In this document: positions 47,573-60,040 of the stretch, one piece after another | Layout of the letters: each line of letters begins with the position of its first letter | Position numbering within the stretch: the first letter of the stretch is position 1 | Assembly: GCF_011386835.1 (NCBI RefSeq) | Contig: NC_088812.1 | Coordinates: forward strand, 2,108,001-2,172,000 | Reading direction: 5' to 3' | DNA length: 64,000 nt | Source: Chrysemys picta bellii | Taxonomy: Eukaryota | Translations under genes and position numbers: made by a program | The notes under the pieces: model-generated | The model's database searches: none | The model's input: the letters and a program-made list of their open reading frames with translations, nothing else | Told to the model about the DNA's origin: nothing

Positions 47573-48105
47573 ATGGAACCCAGGAGTCCTGGCTCCCAGC
47601 TCCCTGCTCTAACCACCAGACCCCACTCCCCTCCCAGAGCTGGGATAGAACCCAGGAGTCCTGGCGCCCAGCCCCCTGCTCTAACCACTAGACCCCGCTC
47701 CCCTCCCAGAGCTGGGATAGAACCCAGGAGTCCTGGCGCCCAGCCCCCTGCTCTAACCACTAGACCCCGCTCCCCTCCCAGAGCTGGGATAGAACCCAGG
47801 AGTCCTGGCGCCCAGCCCCCTGCTCTAACCACTAGACCCCGCTCCCCTCCCAGAGCTGGGATAGAACCCAGGAGTCCTGGCTCCCAGCCCCCCTGCTCTA
47901 ACCACTAGCCCCCACTCCCCTCCCAGAGCTGGGGAGAGAACCCAGGAGTCCTGGCTCCCAGCCCCCCTGCTCTAACCACTCTCCCCCACTCCCCTCCCAG
48001 AGCTGGGATAGAACCCAGGAGTCCTGGCTCCCAGCCCCCCTGCTCTAACCACTAGCCCCCACTCCCCTCCCAGAGCTGGGATAGAACCCAGGAGTCCTGG
48101 CTCCC
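47573..48105 (-). repeat. Tandem array of 72-bp tRNA/SINE-head-like units, highly homogeneous
   Basis: TGGGATAG recurs at 47641, 47713, 47785 and 47857 (exact period 72). Confidence 0.93.
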
Positions 48106-48569
48106 CTCCTGTTTCGTGTGGGAAATGTTATGAGGCCAAAGTCCCAGCTCCCAGAGGCAGCTACTGCTTCAGCTTGGACTTCCCCCTGGGAGAGCAGTGG
48201 GGTCTAGTGGTCAGAGCAGGGAGCGCTGGGAGTCAGGACTCCTGGGTTCTCTCCCCATTGCGGGGAGGAAGCAGGCTCTAGTGGTTAGACCCCTAGCTCT
48301 GGCACAGAATTCAGCTCCCTGCCCCCTCCCGGGCAGATTAGCGACTGTTTCACTCCCACTTTCCCAGCGCCTTTTCATCCTGGACTTTTCTATCTAGACA
48401 GGAAAAGAAACAAAGAGCCCGTTCAACGTTAGCTGCATGGCACCGGCCCCAGCCGCCCGTGGGCACGGACCTCACAGGGCTGGAGCACCCAGCTCCCAGC
48501 CCCCTCGCGCTGTGCGAGCTCACCCCCTCTCCACCTCAGGATCCACGCACTAGTGCCAGGACTCTCACT

Positions 48570-48860
48570 TCCCCCGCCCTGATCTCGGCCGGGGTCTGGG
48601 CAGCGCCCGGCCCGACAGGGCCCTGATCTCAGCTGGGGTCTGGGCAGCGCCCGGCCCGACGGGGCCCTGATCTCGGTCGGGGTCTGGGCAGCGCCCGGCC
48701 CGACAGGGCCCTGATCTCAGCTGGGGTCTGGGCAGCGCCCGGCCCGACGGGGCCCTGATCTCGGTCGGGGTCTGGGCAGCGCCCGGCCCGACAGGGCCCT
48801 GATCTTGGTCAGGGTCTGAGCAGTGCCTGGCACAGTGGGGCGCTGATCTTGGTTGGCCTG
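48570..48860. repeat. ~44-bp GC-rich tandem repeat
   Basis: Repeated GGGCCCTGATCTCGGTCGGGGTCTGGGCAGCGCCCGGCCCGAC. Confidence 0.9.
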
Positions 48861-50907
48861 GCACAGTAGTCTAGATGGTCTAGATGGGCCCTGACCATTT
48901 GCTCCTCCATAGCGTCCCAGAAGGCAGCCGTACATGGGTCATTTTTTCAGTTGCATGGGCCCCCAATTTGAAGCCAAAGAAGCCTCCCACGCCGTGTACT
49001 CCATGAATTTCACACTGATTTCCTGCCCCCATCTGTGCACCCTGCCCCAGCCCATTTCACCATCCATCTCTGCTCTGGAAGGAGCTGGCATGACCCTGCA
49101 TGGCCCATTACTGGCGAGCCACAAGTCAGGACGGTGTGCGGCTTGCTGGGCTCCCCAGCCCACCCCGGGGCACTGGGTCATGACTCAGGTTAGGGGAGAT
49201 CCTGCCTGAAGCTACAGGGGGGCTTTGATCCCAAAAGGAGCCCCACCAGGTGCCCCCCAAGCCCAGCACCACTTTCAATGGGGAGAACAAATTTCAGCCG
49301 TGGCTTCTATCCACGGCACGACAGAATCAGGGACACGCCAGAGATGCCAGCTCAGCGTCAAGGCCAGTGACTTATCTCGGGCTGGGCTGGCGCGGTGCCA
49401 GCCAGAACGCTGGACACGGGCCCACATGGGCCCATCCTTTGCTGACAGCTGCCCCGTGTATCAGCCGGCCTTGGAGACGTGGCTTGAGACTTCCCAGCTA
49501 AACAGCTGTGGCTTATCTGTGAGTCGATCTGGCACATCGGGCTGCTTTCTCCATTCCTCTGTGGAGCGAAGCCGTGGTCCCTCTGCCCGTCGCCGGCCTC
49601 CAGTCCCGTGTGCACCCCTGGGGAAGCCAGATGCCCCCACCCCCCAATGGTGACACCGCATGGCGCCGGCTGGGGCTCCCAAGAGCCTGTCTGCATCCCC
49701 CGGTGTGTTTGCCCAGGCTGCAAGGCGTGGCCACGGGGTGGGGTCAGCCCAGGGGAGCCCTTAAGCAAATGCCGAATTGATCCCACGGCCGAATACGGCT
49801 CTCACTGACACGAGCTTCCGCAGCTGTCGATGGGGTCACTGCTGTTTTACACCTCTAAGGGAGGGGAGGATCCGGCCCCCGTGAACAGCCAAGGTCATCG
49901 AAACCCAGCCAGCTGTCATATCGCCCTGATCTCTGTGCCGCTCCCTTGAACTGCTGCAGGGGAGCTCGGCTGGTCGCTTTCACTCTGTGCGTGCCGGCCC
50001 CGCTGGCGTAAACCCTGTGCATCGCTCCAGGGCAATCAGGCTGCTTTACGCCCAGAAGGGATCTGGGCCCATCTCCGGCGCTAGGTCCAAGGCTGTTCCC
50101 CTCATTATTAGTGGTTATTGAGTAATCAAAACCTCCGCCGGACTTTGACGCCTGAACGGGGGTTACGGCCATGTGCTGGTGCACTCCCCGGGGCGGGGCG
50201 GGGCGATCATCCCTCTTTGTCAGACTAGGGAAACTGAGGCCGGGAGGGACGCAGACTCGCCTACAGACGGAGGTCGGGGTGTGTGTATTTTCCCCCCAGC
50301 TCCTCCACCTCTATACACCGTCCTCAGTGAAATGTACCAAGGGACGGGAACTGTAACCATTGAAAACAGGCCCACGCGCCCCAGCCAGGCTGACGCGGCT
50401 CGCCGGAGCCACAGCGGACGGGGGTCTATGACACCCTGCTGTGATAGCTGCTCGAGCTGGAGAGGCTGCCACCTCTGCGCATCCCTGGGCTTGGCCGAAC
50501 TGGCCCGTGGCTGGGCCTTTAGGCCTATCTGGTCCCCGGTGGCTGCAGGTGCCTGACGTCTGTGTCACTTAGAGCAGCTGGGAGCGGCTCTATTTTATAG
50601 CAGCCCAGGGCCGCTCTGCAGTGGTGAATTCCCAGAGTAACGTCTGCTATGGGGCCTCCCAGCTCTTCCCACCATCTACCCCAGCCAGCCAGCCCCTCCC
50701 CACTTGATCCAGTCTGTCCTCGCTCAGGCAAAACTCCCATGGAAATCGCACTTTGCGAGCTGGCTCGTGCAGTGTCGGCACATAAAACCTAATTCATTTG
50801 ATTACTGTTGATGAATCCGCCAGGGTGGCCCTGCTGCGACGGCACAATCTCGACCCCCTTTGCATCGTTGCAGCAATAAGTGAAGTCACTTGGTGCTTTT
50901 CCTTTCG

Positions 50908-50913
50908 TTTATT
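50908..50913 (-). terminator. Possible poly(A) signal of the MISP3-like gene
   Basis: TTTATT on + about 880 nt beyond the stop at 51793. Confidence 0.5.
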
Positions 50914-51792
50914 GATTCTTTTTCTTAAACCCTTTTCGCTTAAAACGCCCAGTAGCGTCTTCCCAAGATGATTTCATGCCTGAGCACAATCTACTCTGGC
51001 GGCTTGTTTCAGAAGCGACTGCTTCTGGGGAGGAGACCATTTGAGGCTTAATACGTTTGGGATCAAAGTTATACTAGTATTTTGGCCAAATGTTCATGAT
51101 TTCTGCCGCGGGACGCATTATCATCCCACTATTTAAAAGATAGAGAAACTGAGGCACGGAGTGGTGAAATGACTTGGATAAGGACATGTAGGAAATCAGT
51201 GGCAGAGCTGGGCCTAGAACCCAGGCGTCCCAAGGCCAATAGTAATCCCACCCAACCCAGAGTTCAAAGAGATGGCGATTCTGATCCACACGTTTTACGA
51301 GCTTGCCTGTGTGTTTTACTACAATAGAGAACCAGGTTCTGATTGCCTTTACACTGGTGTGACTCTGGAGTCACCCCATTTGAGTGATTCTGGAGTCACA
51401 CCGGGATAGCTCAGCTCAGTGCCTAGTCTGGAGTATTAAAGGCCTCATTCTTCCATGGATTCCAAAATCCCTTTAATGTGGGATTTGGCTTGCTCTAAAA
51501 AATAATCAACTACAATGCGTTTCACCTAGGTCTCTCCTGATTGGTCCATGGAGAAAGCTGGGGTGGGAGGAGGCGAAGCAAAGTAGTTCATCACCCAATC
51601 AAAGCGGCCTGGGTGGTCACATGCATTAAAGCTTTGTCCAATCAGGTAGGTGGGAAGGGCACATGGTGGTTCCAGTAGTGGGATCCTGGAAGGATCAAGG
51701 TGGGGGGGGGTAGGTTCTAGAGCAGGATGGGAGATGCTGGGATGTCCCCCACCCCCCACATTTTCTCTCCCTTCCCTCCTCGGCGCTGCTCC

Positions 51793-54700
51793 CTACTCCT
51801 GGCTCTCCGGGTTGCTGACAGCTCCTGACTCCCACCGCTGGATTAAGGCATTTTTCTGGCGAAGGCTCCGGGGGCTTTTCTCCACCTGTGGCAGGGATGG
51901 GACAGCGTAAGCCACTGAGGACAACAAAGGCAGAGATCTAGCAAATACGTGGCTAAAGGGGAGAGGCCTTTCCCGGGAGCAAGGCAGGCCACGTGTCCAT
52001 GTGCCCACTGCAGGGGCACCTCTGGAATGAACAAGGCTTGCATACCCATGGCGGGGATCGAACCCTTGACCTTCCACCACAAGGGGCTGCTGGAGGACCC
52101 AGGCTGGTGTAGTTCCTGAACCAGCCACTAGAGGATGAAGGGGATCCCGGCACCAGGGGTGTGTGCCCCCAGGCATGTCTGTTGCGAATATTGCGTGAGG
52201 AGGCGTCCATGTGAGGAGAAGCCGGTGCAGGCTCGTGTGTGTTTGAGTCCGTGTGGTTTTGTGCGTCTCTGGGTTCTATGTATGGGCGCAGCGCTCCCGT
52301 GTGGATTCATGTGTGTTGGAGCGTGTTTGTGTGGGGAGGCCACGCGTGTCCGTGTGTATGTATGTGTGCAGGGCTCACATGGTTGTGTTTATGCGGATGC
52401 ACGAATGCCCCCGCTGCACGTTGTATTCATGCGTGCAATTGAGCGTGCAGGGGGGGCTCACGGCGGTGACCGTATGTCAGCCCGTGTGTGGCTGCGTGCA
52501 TGCAGCTTGCAGGAGTTAGGACACTTCGACTGAATGCCCCCCCAACGGGGTTCCTCACGGAGTAGCAATGGCTCAGGGCTCTTGCGTGTAACTGCGTGTT
52601 GGAGCATGTGTCTGCGGGCAGGTAGATTCCGTGCACCTCTGTGGGCGCTTCCCCATGTTGCCGCCTTCACACGTGTCCACCCTTCCACGTGTGTTGATGG
52701 GCGTTGATGCCCGTCAGTGGCAGACAGGGCCGGCTCCAGGGTTTTTGCCGCCCCAATCAGCAAAAAGAAAAAAGAAAAGCCGCGATCGCGATCTGCGGCA
52801 CTTCTACCGCCGCTGCTTTGGTCTTCGGCGGCGGGTTCTTCGCTCCAAGAGGGACCGAGGGACCCGCCGCCGAAGACTCGGACGTGCTGCCCCTCACCAT
52901 TGGCCGCCCCAAGCACCTGCTTGCTAGGCTGGTGCCTGGAGCCGGCCCTGGTGGCAGAGCACGGCCCCCAGGGGTCATCGCCTGGCGGTGTGCAAGGGGG
53001 GAAAGGGGAGCAGTTACCTGGTCCAGCCCATTCTCTTGGGGGGTCCCCGACAGGGCTGGGGGAGGCCAGGTCACATCCAGCTTCCTGCAGGACGGTCTCT
53101 CTGCAACGAGAGGGAGGACAGTGGGTCAGGCTCCGCGGGCTCCCGTTGCTGCCTTCCGGGGGCTTTGCCAGGCTCCCGCCCCCCGGATTCTGTACCCTAA
53201 TACATCCCCTCCCAAGAAACACTGCCTACTCCCCCGAGACCCAGCCTCAGTTTCCCTGTGCCCCCCCCACGCCATCCACCCTAGCACCCAGGTTCGTGGG
53301 AGTCACCCTGCCCCAGGGGCTGGAGGAGGATGCATGTAGGTAGGGTGACCTAGCGGCTAGGGCACTGGACCCCCATTCAGGATACCTGGGTTCTGTTCCC
53401 GGCTCTGCCAATGACCCACTTCTGGGCCTCGGTTTCCCCTCCCTCCCTGTGTCTCTCTAGACTGAGCCCTGTGGGGCAGGGACTGGCTCTCATTAGGTGT
53501 CTGCGCAGTCCCTGGGGCCCGGATTTCGGGTTGGGGGCGGAGAGGGCACAGTGCGGCACCTGGGACAAAGGGGGCCCAGTCTCAGTTCGGGGGGGCCCAT
53601 GCAGCACCCAGCACAATGTGTGGGTGGGGGGGGGGTCCTGATCTTGATTGTGGCATCTGGGTACTCTTGAAATACTGATCCCTCAGCTCACGACCGTACA
53701 GCAGGGCCTGATCCCCAGAACCAGGCCGAACCCCGGCCGCTCCTGGCTCCCCCTGGGCCCCGGGCACAACCCCGCCAGCCTGCCCCCTTCCCACCACCGC
53801 TGAGTGGCTTTCCCTTTCGTTCTAGCCAAAGGTCGGCCCGGCGCCCCGCCCTGACGCAGCCACCGCTCCCTGGGTACACACCGGCTTCCCAGGTGCAGTT
53901 CTGGGCCAGCCTCTGGCTGGGCCTGGCCTGGGGGAGAGGAGCTGCTGGGATCCCTTCCCTCTCTCCCTGGGGACAGCTCCAAACTCCTCAGCCCTGGCCC
54001 CGGGACGTGCCCCACACATGCCGAGAGCGTGGCATGCACGGGAGAGACACACAGACGGGTGCACTCCCAGAGGTGCTGCTGAGACAGGCGGAGAACGTTT
54101 TAGGGGAGATAAAGCCCCCATCTCCGTGTGGGATGCACCTGTCTCTCTACAGCCCTCCAGGGCCCCCTGAACGTCCCCCCCCCGCCTCCTGTACCCCTAG
54201 ATCCTCTCTCTGCACACACCTGCTTCTTCCAGGCCTTGTCCGGCTCCGGCATGGCCGGGGTGTCTTACCCCAGGGGTCGCTGTCTTTGCCACATCTGCCC
54301 CACGGGAGCCTTGCGGGAAGCAGCAGGAGAGCAAATCTGGGTGCCCGTTACCCCCTCTATCTGGACGCCCCCGCTGGCCCGTTGGCGACACTCACTGGGC
54401 ACAAGTGAAATCTCAGTCATGAGGCAACCAGGAAGAGGGTCCCACTGCACTCACCTCATGGGAACAGCTCCCGGTCACAGCCGGCTGGGCTGGAACGGTA
54501 CCGAGCCCCAGCGTCTCTCACCAGCGGCCCTCAGAGACGGTCAGTGTCATTAGCTCCATGTTACGGACGGGGAAACCGAGGCACAGAGTGCCGGTCGCAC
54601 AGGGAGTCAGTGACAGCTGGCCATCGAACCCAGGAGTCCTGGCTCTCAGGCCTCCGTTCTCACCACCAGGCCCTGCTCCTTCCTGGAGTTGGAAAGAGAA

Positions 54701-56884
54701 CCCGGGCGTCCTGACTCCCAGACCCCAGTTCTAGGTATGAATCAATGCTCCCACCTGGTCCCAGGGAAAGAACCCAGGAGTCCTACCTCCTAGGCCCACT
54801 GCTCTAACCGCTCACCAGCACTACCTTCCTCCAGCTGCCTCTAGACCCAGTTGGCGCAGACCCCGGTGCGCGCCCCCCTTACCTGGCTGGCTGCGGCGCG
54901 GCTCCGGCCCGTCGGCCGCCCCCTGGGCATCCGGGGGCAGGACCCAGCCATATAGACAGTGCCTCTGCTTCTGCAGCTCCTCTTCCCTCTTCTGGGCCTC
55001 CTGCACCTCGAGCTCCAGCCGGGACTGGGGGCTCCTGGAGCGCAGTCTGAAGAAGGGGTTGCCTTGGGCCGAGGGGCTCTGCTCCAGGGGGGGCTGGCGG
55101 CCGGGGCTGGGGCGCAGCAGGGTGCTGGGCTCTAGGATGACCACCTTGGCCCGGCTGTTGGCCTCGGTGAAGGACGGTCCCCGGGGGCCCTGATCCGGGG
55201 GGGTCTCGGCGCTGCTGCTGCAGGTGACCCTTGCCGGCTTCCTGGGGGAAAGGGGCTCGGGGATGGGCTGGTGCTCGAAGAGCATCTTCTTCTCCTGCAG
55301 CTCCTGGGGGGTGCCCCGGTCGTAGGTGCCCCGCACCTGGCCCAGATGCATCAGGTCTTCCTCGCGGAGCCTCTCCCGCTGGATCTCCCGCTGCATCTGG
55401 GCCCCGGCCCACTGGCGCTCCTTCTCCTTGGGCAGCTGGGCGGGCGGCTGGGCCTGGTTCAAGATGGGCTTGACCCGCACCTCCACGTACTCCTGGGTGC
55501 TCCGCGGGCTGGCCATGCCCCGTTGCCGCCTCAGGGTCTCCTCCCTCTCCTGGTGCAGCCGGATCTCCCGCTCGATGGGGGTCTCGCCGCCCGGCTTCAG
55601 GGCCGGAGCGGCTTCGCCGTCACTGGAGGGGTCCCCATTCTCCATGCTCTGCTCCGAGGCAGCTCCTGGCTCTTTGGCCCCCGCTGGGTCCCCGGCACTG
55701 GTCGGCGTGTCAGCACCGTCTGGAGCTGCGGCACTGCCCAGATCGCTGGGAGCAGCCGGGTCTTCACCGGTCGGATCTGCGGCACCGGCTGTCTCTCGTG
55801 GACCGGCTGGATCTCTGGTACCAGTCAGATCCCTGCTACCCGCTGGACCCGTGGCACCGTCTAGCTCCCCGGCACCGTCTCCCCCGGGCGAGGTCTCTCG
55901 GGGCCCGGCAGCGCTGGGTGGCACCTCGCTCGGCTCAGATTCCAGCACAGCCCCAGCTCCGACCTCACCCCGGGGTTTATTGTTGTCACCGGCTCCACCT
56001 GCCGAGCTGCCAGCTGGTCCCTCCCTCCAGCCTTCCCCGCCCCCCGGCTCCCGGCGGCTGGCGCAGGCCAGGTGGGCAGGCCCAGAGGAGTCACCAGTTG
56101 CCACGGGAGACCTTGGCACGGCCGCCTCAGGCCTGGCGCCTGCTGCCCCCTGCTGGCTGCAAGGGGTAAGGTCCCCCGGTGCCAGCAAGGATGCCCCTGG
56201 CACCAGCGTGCCATCCGGCTCGAGTGGACAGCTGCCATCCCGGCCCCCCTGGGCACCAGCGCTGACCAGCGCCCGGGGTCCCTGTTCCCCAGACGTCTGC
56301 AGATCCTTTTCGGACTCCTCCACCAGCTGCTCCGACCCTGGGGCGGTGGCCGGTGACTCGTCCCCGTGCAGGCCGGGCACCTTCTCCTCGCCTGTCTCTG
56401 TGCCTGCCGCCTCGGCGCTCTCCTGGCAGCCCTGCTCGGAGCCGTCACTCAGCTTTGGCTCCCTGGGGCTCGCTTGGCAGACGGCGTCGGCAGCTTGAAG
56501 CGGCTCCGAGGAGGGGGCGGCACCGGGGGGGTCACCGTTGCCGTCGTCCCCTCCGCAGGCTGGCCGGCCTGAGGCGTCAGCCGGGTCTGGCTGTGCTGGG
56601 GGAGCAGGGCGGGTGCTGCGGTGATCTGCCTGGCTGCCCCCCTCCCCTGGGGCAGCAGGGGACGGTCCGTGTGTTGGTGCCTCGTCCTGGCAAGTGGCGC
56701 CAGGGGGCTCGAGTGCCCCAGGCTCCCTCTCTTGTGTGACGATGGGGTCAGCGCCGCCTTCCCCTGGCCTGTGCCCCTTCCCGGGGATATCCATGCCCTC
56801 CCCGTCTGGGCACGGGCCAGCGGGGGCATCCCCCTGGCACTCCCCTGGGGCAGAGGGTGGCAGAGACGCGGCCTCCGTCGCCAT
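51793..56884 (-). CDS. MISP3: MISP3-like protein (MISP/AKAP2 family), ~725 aa; exons 56914/56884-54883, 53100-53018, 51885-51793
   Basis: A large exon with a long acidic low-complexity N-terminus, then ETPIEREIRLHQEREETLRRQRG..EVRVKPILN..AGAQMQREIQRE..SRLELEVQEAQKREEELQKQR..LYG. A phase-1 splice leads to ..RKLDVTWPP..ENGLDQ (MISP3-type), and a phase-0 splice to VEKSPRSLRQKNALIQRWESG (AKAP2_C-type end). Orthology (MISP3 versus a separate paralog) is from recalled similarity only. Confidence 0.72.
52725..52950. mobile_element. hAT-type non-autonomous DNA transposon (MITE), 226 bp
   Basis: Perfect 16-bp TIRs CAGGGCCGGCTCCAGG / CCTGGAGCCGGCCCTG and a perfect 8-bp TSD GTGGCAGA (52717-52724, 52951-52958). 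Confidence 0.95.
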
Positions 56885-57789
56885 CAGGGCCGGGCTGGGG
56901 CTTTCCAGCAAAACCTAGGCAGGAAGAGATGCCAGGGTGAGTACCTGGGGCTGCCCCTCGCCAGCGCACACCAGGGCGGGAGAGGGGGGGGTTAGATTTG
57001 GGGGTCAGAGGGGAGCGGAGCCTGGGAGGGGCGGCTTAAGGGGCATAAACCCGGTGGGTGCCATGAGAAATCCGAGGCTCTCAAACTACTCCGTCTCCCA
57101 GCTGATTTTCCACTTTGCCAGGGTCACCCTGAGGACGGAGGCTCGTGACGTGAGGGCGCCCGCTGCTGGCACCTGCCTGGTACCAATGTGAAGGGCTCCC
57201 CCAGGCATCACAGTGGGGGGAAGGGAGTGTCCTTCTAGCTTTAATTACCAGGCACCCGGAAGGGCAAGAGGTCCTGGGGGGCGGGGGGGCACAGACACCA
57301 GCTCCTCGTCCCAGGGGCAGAACAGGATCCCCGCGCCCATCGGCAGTGGTGTCGGGGTGCTGGCGAGCTCTGATCATCGCAGTCCCAGGGCAGGACAGTC
57401 TCCACCACCCCCTGCCCGGCTGCCCCCTGCGGACAATCGCTTCTGGGCAATGAGAGGCAGCGGGCTTGCCCCTCCCCCTCTGCACCCACCTGGGCGCCGG
57501 CTCCTGGGGGGCTACGGGGCAGCGGGGAGGGGGGAACAGCGTCTCGCCCCCAGGCACCCGACAGATGTGCACGGAGCTGCACAAGACCAGCCCGCTGAGC
57601 CAGAGTGCGGGGCCAGATCAAGGGATAGTCATAAAGTGCCCCCCCACCTCTTTTAACTGCCTCCCCGATCAGGACAGCCCCGGGGTACCAGGAGCGCCCC
57701 CCTCTTTACGCCTGGCCCAGCCCCCCTCCACGTGTCAGCCCGCCCAGCCCCCCCAGCAGAGGGAATTCACTCCTGGCCCCTCCCGCCTT

Positions 57790-58080
57790 GGCTGGGTCCG
57801 GCGCCCCTCACTCACGTTTCTCCGGGTGTTGGGGGGGGGGTCCCCGTTTCCCGGTGCCAGCCCCGCGCTGCCCACCTGGCCCGAGCCGCGCAGCCCCGGG
57901 GCGGCTGCACCAGGAAGGTCCCCGGGCCCCGCGGCCCCTGCGATTTATCCGGGCCGCTGAGCCAATGACACGCGCTCCACTAATCTCCGGCCGGCGCAGC
58001 CCGGGACGGGCCAGGCGAGCGCGGCCCCCGGCGCCCCCCCGGCCCCGAGCACACGCGGGGCGCGATTAACCATTAACCCG
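57790..58080 (-). promoter_or_regulatory. CpG-rich putative promoter and first exon of the MISP3-like gene
   Basis: CpG-dense segment with a GTGAGT donor at 57815-57810, GATAAAT (minus strand) at ~57942-57948 and CCAAT at ~57962. Confidence 0.5.
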
Positions 58081-58099
58081 GGCCAGCGCCTGCAAAGGT

Positions 58100-59465
58100 G
58101 GGAGCGCCCCTGCCCCCTCCCCCCTCCCCGCAGTGCCCCCTGCCGGGACCCCCACCCCCAGCCAGCGCCCCCTGCCGGGACCCCACCCCCACCCCCACAC
58201 AGCCCCCCCTGCCGGGACCCCCACCCCCAGCCAGCGCCCCTGCCCCCTCCCCGCAGCGCCTCCTGCCGGGACCCCCACCCCCACCCGCAGCCAGCGCCCC
58301 CTGCCGGGACCCCCACCCCCAGCCAGCGCCCCTGCCCGCTCCCCGCAGCGCCCCCTGCCGGGACCCCCAGCCCCAGCCAGCCCCCCCTGCCGGGACCCCC
58401 ACCCCCAGCCCCAGCCAGCGCCCCCTGCCGGGACCCCCACCCCCAGCCCCAGCCAGCGCCCCCTGCCGGGACCCCCACCCCCAGCCAGCGCCCCCTGCCG
58501 GGACCCCACCCCCAGCCAGCGCCCCCTGCCGGGACCCCACCCCCACCCCCAGTCAGCGCCCCTGCCCCCTCCCCGCAGCGCCCCCTGCCGGGACCCCACC
58601 CCCACACAGCCCCCCCTGCCGGGACCCCCACCCCCAGCCCCAGCCAGCGCCCCTGCCCCCTCCCCGCAGCGCCCCCTGCCGGGACCCCCACCCCCACCCC
58701 CAGCCAGCGCCCCTCCCCCCTCCCCGCAGCGCCCCCTGCCGGGACCCCCACCCCCAGCCAGCGCCCCTGCCCCCTCCCCGCAGCGCCCCCTGCCGGAACC
58801 CCCACCCCCACCCCCAGCCAGCGCCCCCTGCCGGGACCCCCACCCCCAGCCCCAGCCAGCGCCCCTGCCCCCTCCCCGCAGCGCCCCCTGCCGGGACCCC
58901 CACCCCCAGCCAGCGCCCCCTGCCGGGACCCCCACCCCCACCTCCCTGCCCCCTCCCCGCAGCGCCCCCTGCCAGGACCCCCACTCCTACCCCCAGCCAG
59001 CGCCCCCTGGCGGGACCCCCACCCCCAGCCAGCGCCCCTGCCCCCTCCCCGCAGCGCCCCCTGCCGGGACCCCCTCCCCGCAGCGCCCCCTGCCCCCTCC
59101 CCGCAGCGTCCCCTGCCGGGACCCCCACCCCCAGCCAGCGCCCCGTGACCCCTCCCCGCAGCGCCCCCTGTCGGGACCCCCTCCCCGCAGCGCCCCCTGC
59201 CAGGACCCCCACCCCCAGCCAGCGCCCCGTGACCCCTCCCCGCAGCGCCCCCTGCCGGACCGGCCGGGACTCCTGCCCCCAGCCAGTGCCCCTGCCCCCT
59301 CCCCGCAGCGCCCCCTGCCGGGACCCCCACCCCCACCCCCAGCCAGCGCCCCCTGCCGGGACCCCCACCCCCAGCCAGCGCCCCTGCCCCCTCCCCGCAG
59401 CGCCCCCTGCCGGGACCCCCACCCGCAGCCAGCGCCCCTGCCCGCTCCCCGCAGCGCCCCCTGCT
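58100..59465. repeat. 1.4-kb extremely C-rich (G-rich on -) minisatellite
   Basis: Recurrent CCCCAGCCAGCGCCCCCTGCCGGGACCCCCAC and CCCCTCCCCGCAGCGCCCC modules. Confidence 0.93.
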
Positions 59466-59829
59466 GGCGGAGGTCGGCGCTGGAGTAGCCAGCCGCTCCC
59501 TTCCTTCAGCACTTGTAGGAGCACCTCTCAGCAGCTGCCCAGCTCTGCAAACGCCGCTGCAGGTCCCGGGCGGGGTCTCCGCGTAGCTCCCCGGGCTGTG
59601 CAGTTCTGAGTGTGGGTGACATGTACCGAGTTGTCTGGTCTCAGCCTGGGGGGCGGGTTCACACTCCCTGACTCCTGGGGCAGCTTCCAATCACCCTCCC
59701 CTTCCCCCACGCACAGGGAGAGGCCTCGGCGGTTGGGAGATGACTGCGGTATGGGGTACTTGACCCATGGATGGCACACAGAGGCAAAGGCTACGCTGGG
59801 AGGGGGCTGCCTGGTGAAGGCGGATGGAT

Positions 59830-60040
59830 CAGTCTGTGGTTTCGGAGCTCAGCTGGGATGCAGGATACCTGGGTTCTGTTTCCAGTCCTGCGTGACATGG
59901 GGTATGTCACATCGTGGCTCTGGGCCTCAGTTTCCCCATCTTTACCGTGGGGAGAACAATCCTGCCTTCATCTGCCATGTCAGTTTGAATTGTTAGCTCT
60001 GCAGCACCGGTTCTCACTAAATGCCTGTGCAGCGCCTGGC
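59830..60040 (+). mobile_element. CORE-SINE (MIR-like) running directly into the 44-bp array
   Basis: GATACCTGGGTTCTG..GTGACATGGG..GGGCCTCAGTTTCCCCATCT.., then a tail TGTTAGCTC..GTGCAGCGCCTGGCGCGACGGGGCCCTGATCTCGG. Confidence 0.7.

Noticed and set aside
44215-48105. 72-bp units as real tRNA genes
   Set aside because: The B-box is degenerate and no acceptor stem or anticodon arm is evident; they are SINE-derived repeats.
54269-54309. Possible 41-nt internal exon of the MISP3-like gene (AAG acceptor, GTAAGA donor)
   Set aside because: Not needed: the 54883 donor joins the stronger 53100 acceptor in phase, and including it would break the frame with that exon.
55326-56498. 390-aa + strand ORF
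   Set aside because: Antisense shadow of the GC-rich MISP3-like exon.
57945-59690. Several 290-580 aa ORFs on both strands
   Set aside because: Translations of the GC-rich VNTR with no domain content or splice support.
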